Source: Ostrea edulis (lineage: Eukaryota). Taken from it: a stretch of DNA of 64,000 nucleotides. Positions within the stretch are counted from its first letter, which is position 1. Each line of letters opens with the position of its first letter. The notes under the pieces are model-generated. The model had not been told where the DNA came from, ran no database searches, and worked only from the letters and a program-made list of their open reading frames with translations. The DNA lies in contig NC_079169.1 in assembly GCF_947568905.1 (NCBI RefSeq), positions 10,292,001 through 10,356,000 on the forward strand. The letters run 5' to 3'. A program made the position numbers and the translations under genes. This document shows positions 48,401 through 61,900 of this stretch, piece by piece.

Positions 48401-51400
48401 TTAGTCAGGAAAAGAAATGTAGAATTATAATAATAGTAATAAGCATAAGAAAAACACAGAAGTGGAAAGACCTACATGTAATGAAAGGATTCATAGCAGA
48501 ATGTAAATTGGAGTATGTCTACCTGCTGAAACATTTGTTTCGACAATGACAAAGTCATGCAGAAATTATATTCACTCTTTTCTAACAGATAAGAGTTTCA
48601 CTTATATTTATTATAAGGCGCATTAATTTCGAGATATAAGAACTACTTTCAGGTGACCCTGGGACCGACTTGAGGGTACGTATAATCTTTCTGCGAAAAA
48701 TATAGCGACCAGCTATTTAGATTTTACATCCATTTTAATAATATTATGTTGTTTCCTTGTAATGAAAGGTAAAGATAACGAACAGTGATCAATCTCATAA
48801 CTCCTATAAGCAATACAAAATAGAGAGTTGGGCAAACGCGGACCCCTGGAAACACTAGAGGTGGGATCAGGTGACTAGGAGGAGTAAGCATTCTCTGTCG
48901 ACCGGTAACACCCGCCGTGAGCCTTATATCCTGATCAGGTAAACCGTATTCAAAATCAGTGTGTCAAGAACGGCCTAACACTCGATATATAAAAAAACGT
49001 CAGACAGCATTTGACTCAATGATAGGTTGTATTGACGAAGTAGATCGTTATAACGACCATAGAATTTACAACATGCTGTAATATAAGTATGGAAAAAAAA
49101 AAAAACTTACGGCAGCATCTGCCCAGCTGTCTAGTGTATGGCTGAACAAGTAACATTTATCTTGAAACTGTATCCAGCCCACATTACATCCTATTCAAGA
49201 GAATAAAAGTAATAGAATGGCAAGTAGAATTAGCAGTCTCAATCAGAATCATCAAAGCAATGTATATCAATATACAATATACAACCAACTAAAACATATA
49301 CATATATCTATATACAATTAGAATATATACATAATATTGATATATAACTAGAATATATACATAATATTGATACATAACTAGAATATATACATAATATTGA
49401 TATACAACTAGAGGGCAGCGAAATACGCATTACATGGATAGTCTACACATATTTTCTATCATGATAAACTTCACTTTCGATACAATATTTTGATAAATGG
49501 CTAGGCTCCGTAGAACTAAGATGGCGACCTTTGGCTTCGCAGCTAGACGCTTCGTGTCGCTGTTGCTAAGTAAATCATTGCGCGGCTTGGTTGACCTGTA
49601 TTTTTCCGAGTTTATGTACATTTTGATAAACGAAGGTTAGCATCTTTGTCTCTTGCATTAAATTATAAGGAATGACTTTAATTCTGGGGCAAGTTATACG
49701 AGTATAACCTGGTTTGGGTCAGTTTACGCTTTTTTATAATCCGCGTCGTAATGCAACTAATATAATTTCTTTCGTTTTAACTTGGTGAATTAGACCGAAA
49801 TTATTTTCTTTTTTGGAATGATGAATAATTATGAGGTAGGTGGGATTTGATAGTGATGACAGGTAGAGGGCATTCGAATATTATTCATTCCGACGATTCT
49901 GGACGATACGAGAAAGTAGCAAGTGATCTCAAATATGCAGAAAGAGCCGTCCATAGCAAATATGCAGATATCCTGACTTAAGTTTCAAGCAGTACATAGA
50001 AAAAAATACGTGAATATTAAAATATCATGTTTAAGACAAGAAATGCAAGGCCCAAATATTTCTGTGAGTACGGAACTGAAGAAATTAAAGAATGAAAATG
50101 AAATTGTTTGGAAGTCAAAGGGTAATAAAATGCAGTGAATCTTGAATATTTATCTGTGCTATTGAAAACGGGACGTTAAAGTAGGCGGATACAGTGACTC
50201 AGTATGTTTCTAATCTTATAGCTTGTGATTCTGAAGATGAGAGCAAACTCCATCAAGCAGAGAATCGGGCAATTACGAAGCAGAAGATGTCGAGTAGAAT
50301 GGGAGAACCAAGTATTCGTCCCCCAAATCCGCTCTCGGTTTCCTATCCTACTCGTTAACAACATTTTCTTTAGGAACAGTAGTTGGGGACAACTCCCTTT
50401 CGTTTCCTTGGGCTTTACATCTGGGGTGATTTCATCCACGTGCATAGAGAATGTCCGCTCGCCGTTCTGAGGTGATTTCATCCACGTGCATAGAGAATGT
50501 CCGCTCGCCGTTCGAGGCAGAAATAATGGTGGACAACATGTTTTGATAAAGTTAAAGTTTGTGAAAGATGAGTATGTATTAGTACACTGTGAATATCAAA
50601 GTAACGTGTCATGTTCTGGTAAAGTTAAAGATGAGTATGTATTAGTACACTGTGAATATCAAAGTAACGTGTCATGTTCTGATAAAGTTAAAGATGAGTA
50701 TGTATTAGTACACTGTGAATATCAAAGTAACGTGTCATGTTCTGATAAAGTTAAAGATGAGTATGTATTAGTACACTGTGAATATCAAAGTAACCTGTCA
50801 TGTTCTGATAAAGTTAAAGATGAGTATGTATTAGTACACTGAATATCAAAGTGACGTGTCATGTTCTGATAAAGTTAAAGATGAGTATGTATTAGTACAC
50901 TGTGAATATCAAAGTGACGTGTCATGTTCTGATAAAGTTAAAGATGAGTATGTATTAGTACACTGTGAATATCAAAGTAACGTGTCATGTTCTGGTAAAG
51001 TTAAAGGTAGATTAAGATCATATGCACAATGCTTGGGGAGGGGGGGGGGGGTGGGCGGATATGATAATATTTTAAATTCTATAAAGATTGAATATAAAAT
51101 ACCTTTTTACAGCTTACCGCTAAAGATAACAATTCAGCATTACTGAATAATGAATTTGTTGAAAACAAAATTTCAGAATTGTTAGATGATGGCTTAATTG
51201 AGGAATGTTGTGATAAACCACATATTGTTAACTTCTTTACAGTGCCCGTGCACTTAAGCAGCTAAAAGAGGTTAATATGATTTCTCATGTGTGTCAATTT
51301 ACATGTTTTGAAGGTGAAGATGAATCTCAATTATTATATAGAAAACAAAGTACATGCAATGAATAGGGCAAACACGGACCCCTGGATATACCAGAGGTGG

Positions 51401-53524
51401 GATAAGGTGCCTGGGAGGTGTAAGCATCCCCTGTCACACCAGATGTAAGCCCTATATCTCCATCAGGTAAACGGAACAATATTTAGTCAAAATAAGTGTG
51501 CAAAGAAGGGCCTATCAATTGCTATAAAACATGTCAGACAGCTTTTTACCCAATGACAGGTTGTATTAGTAAATTAGATCGTTATAATGACCATCAAATT
51601 GCGACCCGCTGACTATAAATGAGACTGTTGAAATCCCTGTAACATCATTTGAGAGACATGAACACAATATACAGGTGATAATAAAATATTGTTACATAAA
51701 TACGGAAAGTTGAAGATGGCCATGCTAAAGTCATCCCGTTTGACATAAATTTCAGTCGTTAGCTTGCCGTTGATATCAATGTTCTATAGAATATCTAAGT
51801 ATGAAGCAGATGTGGAAGACTCTGTTGTGACTTTTATTTCGAGTTCACTGAAATATATATCAAATGGATGGGTGAATGAAAATGAATAATGTTACTAGAT
51901 AAAACGTCATCCATATATGTATGTCAAAATATTGAGTTGAAGATCACAGTATGTTGAAGCTTTAGAATAAATTTTGCCCTGCAAAAATATATTTTAAAAA
52001 AACAAACAACAGGTCAGCTACTAAAGGAGCAGAATTCGTGCCCATGGGCATTCCAACAGACTGTTGGAATACCTGATCACCAAAGACTACGAAGATATTG
52101 TCAATGAGGACCTCTAACATCTTTTTGATGTCAACTTTACTTGTGGAAAAAATCATAGCGGTGCTTAACAAAGTTATTTTTGAATGACTGATCACAAGGT
52201 CTGAACATTTCATTTTTCCATTCTTATTGTGGTATGTCAAAAAGTCTAGTCTTTCATTTATCGTGAGGAATGGCCGTGTCAAGTGTTGAAAAGTCATACA
52301 TTTTCATGTTGCTGAATTGAGAAAAGTTTTTTTTATTCCAAATCTACGAAAAGTCTTTGGAATGTTTTTATAAGCCATATTTGTCGTGGTACAATACGTT
52401 TGAAGTGTCTCCTTCAAACCAGTTAATATCTTATATCATGCCATGCATAAAATAATAACATTTATCACATATTTGGTGTGTTAATTTTATATAATATTCA
52501 ATGCGAAGATATAAAAGAAATGTATTAATTTCTTTGTTTGAACTCGTTGAATTATTTTCTTTTGTTGGAATGATGAATAATCATGAGGTAGGCGGGGTTA
52601 GACAGAGACGATTAGAAGGAATTCATTCTGACAATTTTGGAGTACTCGAGAAAATCATTTTGATTTAAGAAAGAAATATTTTATATTGCATACATGATTA
52701 ATTCATTTTTGATTGATTATGTGGTGCTACTGAGTTTCACTGACAAAGTGTTTTTCATATTACAAAAGTTTTAAATTCGGTTTCGTTGGTAAATTTGATG
52801 AGAAAATTGAGTTTTACTTTAATGGTGATGTGAAATGACGGGAATTATTTGTTAAGAGCGTCCATTTGTATCACACGTCAAACAATGCAAAAATAACATA
52901 TATCATATATTAATGTTAGACGAGGTGAAGGAACAAAAGAAAAACATATACTTGGTTTAATAAACAGAATATATGCATGCAAGGTGAAGATAACGAACAG
53001 TGATCAATCTCATAACTCCTAAAAGCAATACAAAATAGATAGTTGGGCAAACACGGACTTCTGGACACACCAGAGGTGGGATCAGGTGGCTAGGAGGAGT
53101 AAGCATCCCCTGTTGACCGGTCACACCCGCCGTGAGCCCCATATCCTGATCAGGTAAACGGAGTTATGTATCGATATATACAACTAAACTATATACATGT
53201 ATCGATTTACAACTTGAATATATACATGTACCTATATACAACTAGAATATATACATGTATCTATATACAACTAGAATATATACATGCATCTATATACAAC
53301 TAGAGTATGCAAGGTGAAGATAAGGAACAGTGATCAATCTCATAACTCCTACAAGCAATACAAAATAGATAGTTGGGCAAACACGGACCCCTGGACACAC
53401 AAGAGGTGGGATCAGGTGCCTAGGAGGAGTAAGCATCCCCTGTTGACCGGTCACACCCGCCGTGAGCCCCATGCATGTATCTATATACAACTAGAATATA
53501 TACATGTATCTATATACAACTAGA

Positions 53525-53567
<43 letters not shown>

Positions 53568-53859
53568 ACTAGAATATATGCATATATCTATATACACATA
53601 GAATATATACATGTATTTATAAACAACTAGAATGTATACATGTATTTATATAGAACTAGAATATAAATATGTATATATATACAACTAGAATATATACAAC
53701 TAAATTGATTCTATTTTTATATTGACATTAACTGGTTACCTCTTTCATAAAGATTACTTTATGATGTTGTTCGAAATGCAGTAGTGTTAAAATTGATGGA
53801 GTGTGCTTACCGTGACATGATGTGAAACCAATAAATAACCAAACGGAAAGCAGTTTCAT
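45449..53859 (-). CDS. C-type lectin CTL-5 (perlucin-like, secreted, EPD/WGD), 4 exons, 144 aa
   Basis: Exons 53859-53811, 49190-49111, 46023-45936 and 45666-45449, with GT-AG introns. CRD reads FVPGEPDQH...CAILWQGYHGRWGDYFC. Confidence 0.92.
46055..48661. mobile_element. Unclassified insertion in CTL-5 intron 2, bounded by inverted CAGGGTCACC / GGTGACCCTG
   Basis: Absent from CTL-4, whose intron 2 is 120 nt. Present as 56614-57940 in CTL-6. Rich in GGTNACC motifs. Confidence 0.5.
46910..48225. repeat. 40-bp minisatellite (CCATTACATCAATAGGTAACCAGATGTAACCCTTATATGA)n, ~32 units
   Basis: Clear 40-41 nt periodicity with variant units. A single unit lies at ~57465-57495 in the CTL-6 unit. Confidence 0.95.
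48762..49075 (-). mobile_element. Naiad-type PLE 3' fragment in CTL-5 intron 2
   Basis: aaggtaaagataacgaacag...aacgaccatagaattt. It ends ~35 nt from the exon 2 donor and is shared with CTL-6 (58040-58365). Confidence 0.85.
49850..51260 (+). mobile_element. DIRS-like (tyrosine-recombinase retrotransposon) gag / pol N-terminal remnant
   Basis: ELKKLKNENEIVWKSKGNKMQ and DSEDESKLHQAENRAI (gag-like). VKGRLRS, YKIPF and NSALLNNEFVENKISELLDDGLIEECCDKPHIVN (DIRS RT N-terminus-like). No YADD or recombinase region seen. Confidence 0.62.
50545..51006. repeat. 63-bp tandem repeat, ~7 units (encodes KVKDEYVLVHCEYQSNVSCSD)
   Basis: 63-nt period. The ORFs at 50486-50842 and 50856-51146 read through it. 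Confidence 0.93.
51355..52300 (-). mobile_element. Old degenerate Naiad-type PLE RT fragment (copy at 61555-62495)
   Basis: IDNIFVVFGDQVFQQSVGMPMGTNSAPL with internal deletions, plus the 3' tail. Confidence 0.82.
52980..53472 (-). mobile_element. Two short Naiad-type 3' tails (52980-53166, 53309-53472) inserted in the TA-rich 29-bp minisatellite
   Basis: Both begin atgc|aaggtgaagataa. The empty site is at ~62885-62900 in the CTL-6 unit. Confidence 0.88.
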
Positions 53860-54799
53860 GTTCGTCTGAAGAATGGAAGTTCTCGACGTTTGTTGTTATC
53901 AATATATTACGCTATCTTTATCTATTCTGCTTCAAGTAATCTCTAGCCTACACACGTAGTAAAGACATGAGGCACATTTCATACTTTACAATTTCACCTA
54001 AACCCCGATCGTTTTAAACAATTATTAATAAAAGGAAGCACAGACCTAGGATTTCCGCAATTGCCTAAGTTGTACTCATTTCAATTTTTAAAAACATTTA
54101 GTCTTCATCAGCTTTAACATTTACTGACAAACCACTAGTATCCTATATAGGGTTTGTTTCAATGTGAGAGTGGAACACGACACCAGATTTGGATTTCATG
54201 AAAAATTCCTCAGTCTTAAGTTTGATTTTTATTTTATTTCATCAGTCAAAATTTGCTTAAAATCCTACTTAAGTCCAAATTTCCACCTTAGATTTTTTTC
54301 CTCAGAATTTTTATTTGTCACCGAATTCCAGAAACCCTTACTTACCTCAAACACTTCGTTCGTGTTTCATGAGTAGGTCTACAGCGTTGAAATTGATGGT
54401 TTAAACCCATCTTTCTCGGTCACTTCATCTTATCTGAAAATGTTTCAACAGATGTCTCTTTGAAATTACACTTGAAATATTAACTGAGCTTCAGCTCGAC
54501 CATGGAAGGCAGTTGCCTTGCAGATGAAGGAAACACAGTATTGCTACAGCCCTGAGTGCTAAGCATAGGTGTGTCTTTGAGTTAATTTGTGGTACTTCGC
54601 CTACAGTTGTTGACATCTCAGTGCGAGTGAAAAATTCTTGAAGGGGCGTAAAATAAACAAACCCAAGTTCCTTGGAACATCGTGATAGTTTACAATTTGA
54701 AACATATCATACCGTATAACGAGTATTTTCTGCGGTGCCCTTTTTTGCGGATAGGACTAATCCGTAAAATTTACAATCACAAATTTTAAATCATTGTTT

Positions 54800-55100
54800 G
54801 GTCGTTATAATCATCTATGTTGCCAATACAACCCATCATTTGGTCAAATGCTGTCTGATGTGTTTGATACCGATTGTTAGACCATTCTTGGCACACTGAT
54901 TTTGACTACAGATTACTCCGTTTACCTGATCAGAATATAGGGTTCAAGGCGGGTGTGACCGGTCGCCAAGGATGCTTACTCCTCCTAGGCACCTGATCCC
55001 ATCTCTGGTATATCCAGGGGTCCGTGTTTGCCCAACTTTCTATTTCGTTTTCCTTGTGGGAGTTATGAGATTGATTGTTGTTCGTTGTCTTCACCTTTCA
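54800..55100 (+). mobile_element. Older Naiad-type 3' fragment
   Basis: ggtcgttataat...cttcacctttcacatac. Confidence 0.8.
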
Positions 55101-55946
55101 CATACATGCTAAAAAAATGCAAGCGCAGAAATTGGAAACGCAGATAATTTGCTTTCATTTACAGATTAAATCGCAAAAATTTCCAACCGCAGAAAATACC
55201 CATTAAAAAGCATGTTCTCTGAAACATTATGGTGCCTCATTGTTGGAAACACACCATGTCTGATAATGTATACTTTCATTTTTTTAAGGAAGACAAGAGA
55301 CTCCTGGCTTATAGGTAATCCTTTATTTTTCCTGAATTTGAATAATCATCCAATAAGATGTGAACCAGGTAATCTACAATGCAGAAATAATTGGCATAAA
55401 ACAATGAATTTATAGAATGTTTTTCTACAATCACTAATATCCCGCCACATGAACTACATGTATTCTATGGATGTTAAACTTATTGACTTTTAAGCACAGG
55501 AATGTTCTCAAAAATAAATAATTTCAGTGGTACATAATGTATTTCCAAAAATAAGATGTTTAAATGTGAATATAAGCGTTAACAAATTTCATTCATTTAT
55601 TTTACATCTATTGTGTTCATAACACACGAGTGTGCAGGCAAGTTTCCATCACGACCTAACTTACATTATGATGTTAACATTATTTTTTTGCGACATTGTG
55701 ATTAATGGTCAAATAATCAACAATATTTAAAGTTTTTTCTTTATAGCAAAATGATGTGGTATTGTAGATAATCAAAATATAGGGGTTCATCGCAGACTTG
55801 ACATCAGACAAAGTAAATATTTATAAATGATTGAAAACAAAAATGCAGTTCATACTAAGTATCATATCCCTCTTCATGTTACCACATCTCAAAATCATCA
55901 GCCATCGTATTCAATACACAAAAATAAGTGCATGCTGGAAACTAAC

Positions 55947-58900
55947 TTACATAACGTCAGTTTCACAGATGAATTTAGATAGAATTGAGCAGATATGGTC
56001 TCCCCAGCGTCCGTGGTAGGCCTGCCACAATATCACACAGTTTCCAGTGGTATGCTGATCCGGTTCACCAGGGGAAAAATCGTTAACAGTGATGACCGTC
56101 TGGTCAGAATATTCCCATCTTCCTTCCTCAATGATATCAGATATACCGATCCAGAAATTTCCCCCTGTTTCCACAAACAAATATCAGAAAAACAAACATA
56201 CCATGTTCATCACAAGGCATGCATACTCTCTTTACTGGCGTATAAATATTGTAGTACCTCGTTAATCCGAACACAGGTTGTTTACAGGAACTATATATCG
56301 TGAAGAGTTACGCAGCCAAAAAACGCAATATTTTATAAAGAAAATGTCTTAATATTGCTCAAAATGGGAAAATTAGTTTAGTTTATGTTCCTAATCAGTT
56401 GGATATCATAATCAAGAAATGAATATCGGTGCGACCTTTATACCGGTGTGACCTTTATACCGGTGTGACCTTTATACCGGTGCGACCTTTATACCTTGGG
56501 ATTGGCTGTGGCTGATTAAAAACTTGGATTCAGCTGCAGTTCTTGGTTCGGCCAACTTGGAATGGAATACACTACAAACTCCCTGAAATATAAAAAATAC
56601 AAAGAAAAATATGCAGGGTCACCCCATTTCAGCATGACCCCGGGTCACCCTCTTTTCTACACAGTTTACTACGCTGTAAAAGTAGTCCCACATAAAAGTG
56701 AAAGTACAATGCAGACAATGTATAATATCAAAGGAAAATGATTATTGAGCAAGTCAATATTGATCATTTACATGTCATCATTTTAAGCCAAAAATCGTCT
56801 AATATCAAAAATGATAATTCACTGTTATCTGCAACCCCCGATTTTTCCAAATACAAGAATGATATTAACCTAGCTTATTCAACTTGGAATATCATCCTTT
56901 TATTTATTTGCAATCTATTTACAGATAGTTATTATAAGATAATGTTGCACCGGGGTGACCTCTGGTCACCTATTGATTTCAAACATTACAATTATGTTAC
57001 TATTCATCATATTTTATGATGCTACATAGTACAACAGTGTCAAGATGAAATGTTTAGCTCACCTGAACCAAAGCATGAAATGAGCATTTTTTTCCATTTG
57101 TCTATCCGTTTATAAATGTTTTATCTACAGGGCATGTTTTCACCAAACCTCAAGTAAACGTTGTCCAAATTTATGTTCAGATGGTTCATGGGTAATTTGT
57201 CTAAATTATGTTATGGATTGACTCTGTAATTCTTCATTGGAATTGTTGTAAGTAGAAAATATAACGTATATAAAGCGTGTCTGTAATATGTGTTGAAGAG
57301 ATAACGGGAAGTATGAATTTCGGACGTAACAGGAGATTGGTCATGTGGTCACTCTACCAGTTATTTGGAATAGAAGTAGAAAAATATACAAAGGGTGACC
57401 TAAGGTCATCCATGCACTGAAATGTCGGTTACCTCGGGACACTTTTCTATGATGTGAAATTACAATAGGTAACCAGATGTAACCCTTATATGATATTTAT
57501 TATGGGATGAACGGAAGTAACCCTTTTATAATAGTGACCACAGCTAACCTTTGTAGAACCATTAATAAACAGGTTGGAAACATTTTCCCTATATCGATGT
57601 TATTCCTCTAAAGCATTTTAAGGTTCTATATAATGGTGAAGTTTATTGATCTGTAAGCATCGAAACAAAACTGTCAATCAGTCAGGAAAAGAAATGTAGA
57701 ATTATAATAATAGTAATAAGATTAAGAAAAACACAGAAGTGGAAAGACCTACATGTAATGAAAGGATTCATAGCAGAATGTAAATTGGAGCATGTCTACC
57801 TGCCGAAAGATTTATGTTTCGACAATGACAAAGTCATGCAGAAAATACATTCACTCTTTTCTAACAGATAAGAGTTTCACTTATATTTATTATAAGGCGC
57901 ATTAATTTCAAGATATAAGAACTACTTTCAGTTGACCCTGGGACGTACTTGAGGGTATGTATTATCTTTCTGCGAAAAATATAGCGACCAGCTATTTAGA
58001 TTGTACACCCGTTTTAATAATATTATGTTGTTTCCTTGTAATGAAAGGTAAAGATAAGGAACAGTGATCAATCTCATAACTCCTATAAGCAATACAAAAT
58101 AGAGAGTTGGACAAACACGGACCCCTGGAAACACTAGAGGTGGGATCAGGTGACTAGGAGGAGTAAGCATTCCCTGTCGACCGGTCACACCCGCCGTGAG
58201 CCCTATATCCTGATCAGGTAAACGGAGTATACCGTATTCAAAATCAGTGTCCCAAGAACGGCCTAACACTCGATATATAAAAAAAACGTCAGACAGCATT
58301 TGACTCAATGATAGGTTGTATTGACGAAGTAGATCGTTATAACGACCATAGAATTTGCAACATGCTGTAATATAAGTATGGAAAAAAAACTTACGGCAGC
58401 ATCTGCCCAGCTGTCTAATGTATGGCTGAACAAGTAACATTTATCTTGAAACTGTATCCAACCCACATTACATCCTATTCAAGAGAATAAAAGTAATAGA
58501 ATGGCAAGCAGAATTAGCTGTCTAAATCAGAATCATCAAAGCAATGTATATCAATATACAATATACAACTAAAACATATACATATATCTATATACAACTA
58601 GAATATATACATAATATTGATATATAACTAGAATATATACATAATATTGATATACAACTAGAATATATACATAATATTGATATACAACTAGAATATATAC
58701 ATGATATTGATATACAACTAGAATATATACATGATATTGATATGCATCTAGAATATATACACAATATTGATACACAACTAGAATATATACAAATAATTTA
58801 ATTCTTATTGTATCCTTGTCTCTGATTGGTCAATGTTCAATTGAGGAACGCAAGTTATTTTTGTACAACCTGGTTTGATATGGGGACACACCCCCTTGAA

Positions 58901-61900
58901 AACCAGATGTCGGAACTATTTGTTTCTCTCTCTCTCTCTCTACATTTACATCGCAGCACTGTTTTCAGCGTTCAATGGAATAGAAAGTCAACGTGCACAA
59001 TAAGATACTTCGGTTTGATACACATGTTGTTTTCTCTATGTCAATATTAGCATCTAGGCCTACTTGTACGCAAATCACTTTTGTAAAACATCTTTCTCTG
59101 TATGTATGGTCGAATAATACTATTAATAGATTAAAACAAAGATATTATATTCGAATTAATGATTTGCCAATTAAGCATTACCCTGTTCATTTTGAAATAC
59201 ATTTCTCACTTGGGAAAAGGAGAGGGGTGCGTTGTTTCATTCCTTGATCCGTCTTTCAACAAAGCAAACAAAAATTCATACGTCACATTTTATCACATGA
59301 CGTCAGACACATTGACATGTGGATCGCTATTTGTTACTTGCTTACATATTTTCTTGTGTCGGATTTACTATTAGCGACAACATTGCATACAAGGGTAAGT
59401 TTTCATTTAGTAGAAGTTTTCACAGAATTGAAAGCCGTAAATTATTGCATTTTCTGATATTTGAAGATTTATTTTGGGTAGGCCTAAACAATGCAATTTC
59501 CCGTATTTTCTCAATCTGTCGGAGATGAGCGACTTCAAAGTCGATCTCTATCTCTAAAGGGCAGCGAAATACGCATTACATGGATAGTCTACACATATTT
59601 TCTATCATGATAAACTTCACTTTCGATACAATATTTTGATAAATGGCTAGGCTCCGTAGAACTAAGATGGCGACCTTTGGCTTCGCAGCTAGACGCTTCG
59701 TGTCGCTGTTGCTAAGTAAATCATTGCGCGGCTTGGTTGACCTGTATTTTTCCGAGTTTATGTACATTTTGATAAACGAAGGTTAGCATCTTTGTCTCTT
59801 GCATTAAATTATAAGGAATGACTTTAATTCTGGGGCAAGTTATACGAGTATAACCTGGTTTGGGTCAGTTTACGCTTTTTTATAATCCGCGTCGCGGATT
59901 ATAAAGCGTAAACTGACCCAAACCAGGTTACACTCGTATAACATGCCCCAGAATTAAAGTCATTCCTTAAGTAATGCAACTAATATAATTTCTTTCGTTT
60001 TAACTTGGTGAATTAGACCGAAATTATTTTCTTTTTTGGAATGATGAATAATTATGAGGTAGGTGGGATTAGATAGTGAGGACAGGTAGAGGGCATTCGA
60101 ATATTATTCATTCCGACGATTCTGGACGACACGAGAAAGTAGCAAGTGATCTCAAATATGCAGAACGAGCCATCCATAGCAAATATGCAGATATCCTGAC
60201 TTAAGTTTCAAGCAGTACATAGAAGAAAAAAATACGTCAATATTAAAATATCATGTTTAAGACAAGAAATGCAAGGCCCAAATATTTCTGTGAGTACGGA
60301 ACTGAAGAAATTAAAGAATGAAAATGAAATTGTTTGGAAGTCAAAGGGTAATAAAATGCAGTGAATCTTGAATATTTATCTGTGCTATTGAAAACGGGAC
60401 GTTAAAGTAGGCGGATACAGTGACTCAGTATGTTTCTAATCTTATAGCTTGTGATTCTGAAGCCATAAAGCAGAGAATCGGGCAATTACGAAGCAGAAGA
60501 TGTCGAGTAGAACGGGAGAACCAAGTATTCGTCCCCCAAATCCGCTCTCGGATTTCCTATCCTACTCGTTAGCAACATTTTCTTTAGGAACAGTAGTTGG
60601 GGACAACTCCCTTTCGTTTCCTTGGGCTTTACGTCTGGGGTGATTTCATCCACGTGCATAGAGAATGTCCGCTCGCCGTTCTGAGGTGATTTCATCCACG
60701 TGCATAGAGAATGTCCGCTCGCCGTTCGAGGCAGAAATAATGGTGGACAACATGTTTTGATAAAGTTAAAGTTTGTGAAAGATGAGTATGTATTAGTACA
60801 CTGTGGATATTAAGATAACGTGTCATGTTCTGATAAAGTTAAAGATGAGTATGTATTAGTACACTGTGAATATTAAGATAACGTGTCATGTTCTGATAAA
60901 GTTAAAGATGAGTATGTATTAGTACACTGTGAATATTAAGATAACGTGTCATGTTCTGATAAAGTTAAAGATAAGTATGTATTAGTACACTGTGAATATC
61001 AAAATAACGTGTCATGTTCTGATAAAGTTAAAGATGAGTACACTGTGAATATCAAAGTAACCTGTCATGTTCTGATAAAGTTAAAGATGAGTATGTATTA
61101 GTACACTGAATATCAAAGTAACGTGTCATGTTCTGATAAAGTTAAAGATGAGTATGTATTAGTACACTGTGAATATTAAAGTAACGTGTCATGTTCTGGT
61201 AAAGTTAAAGGTAGATTAAGATCATATGCACAATTCTTTGGGGGTGGGGGTGGCGGATATGGTAATATTTTAAATTCTATCAAGAATGAATATAAAATAC
61301 CTTTTTACAGCTTACCGCTAAAGATAACAATTCAGCATTACTGAATAATGAATTTGTTGAAAACAAAATTTCAGAATTGTTAGATGATGGCTTAATTAAG
61401 GAATGTTGTGATAAACCACATATTGTTAACTTCTTTACAGTGCCCGTGCACTTGAGCAGCTAAAAGAGGTTAATATGATTTCTCATGTGTGTCAATTTAC
61501 ATGTTTTGATGGTGAAGATGAATCTCAATTATTATATAGAAAACAAAGTACATGTAATGAGTAGGGCAAACACGGACCCCTGGATATACCAGAGGTGGGA
61601 TCAGGTGCCTGGGAGGAGTAAGCATCCCTGTCACACCAGATGTAAGCCCTATATCTCGATCAGGTAAACGGAACAATATTTAGTCAAAATATGTGTGCAA
61701 AGAAGGGCCTATCAATTGCTATAAAACATGTCATACAGCTTTTTACCCAATGGCAGGTTGTATTAGTAAATTAGATCGTTATAATGACCATCAAATTGCG
61801 ACCCGCTGACTATAAATGAGACTGTTGAAATCCCAGTAACATCATTTGAGAGACATAAACACAATATACAGGTGATAATAAAATATTGTTACATAAATAC

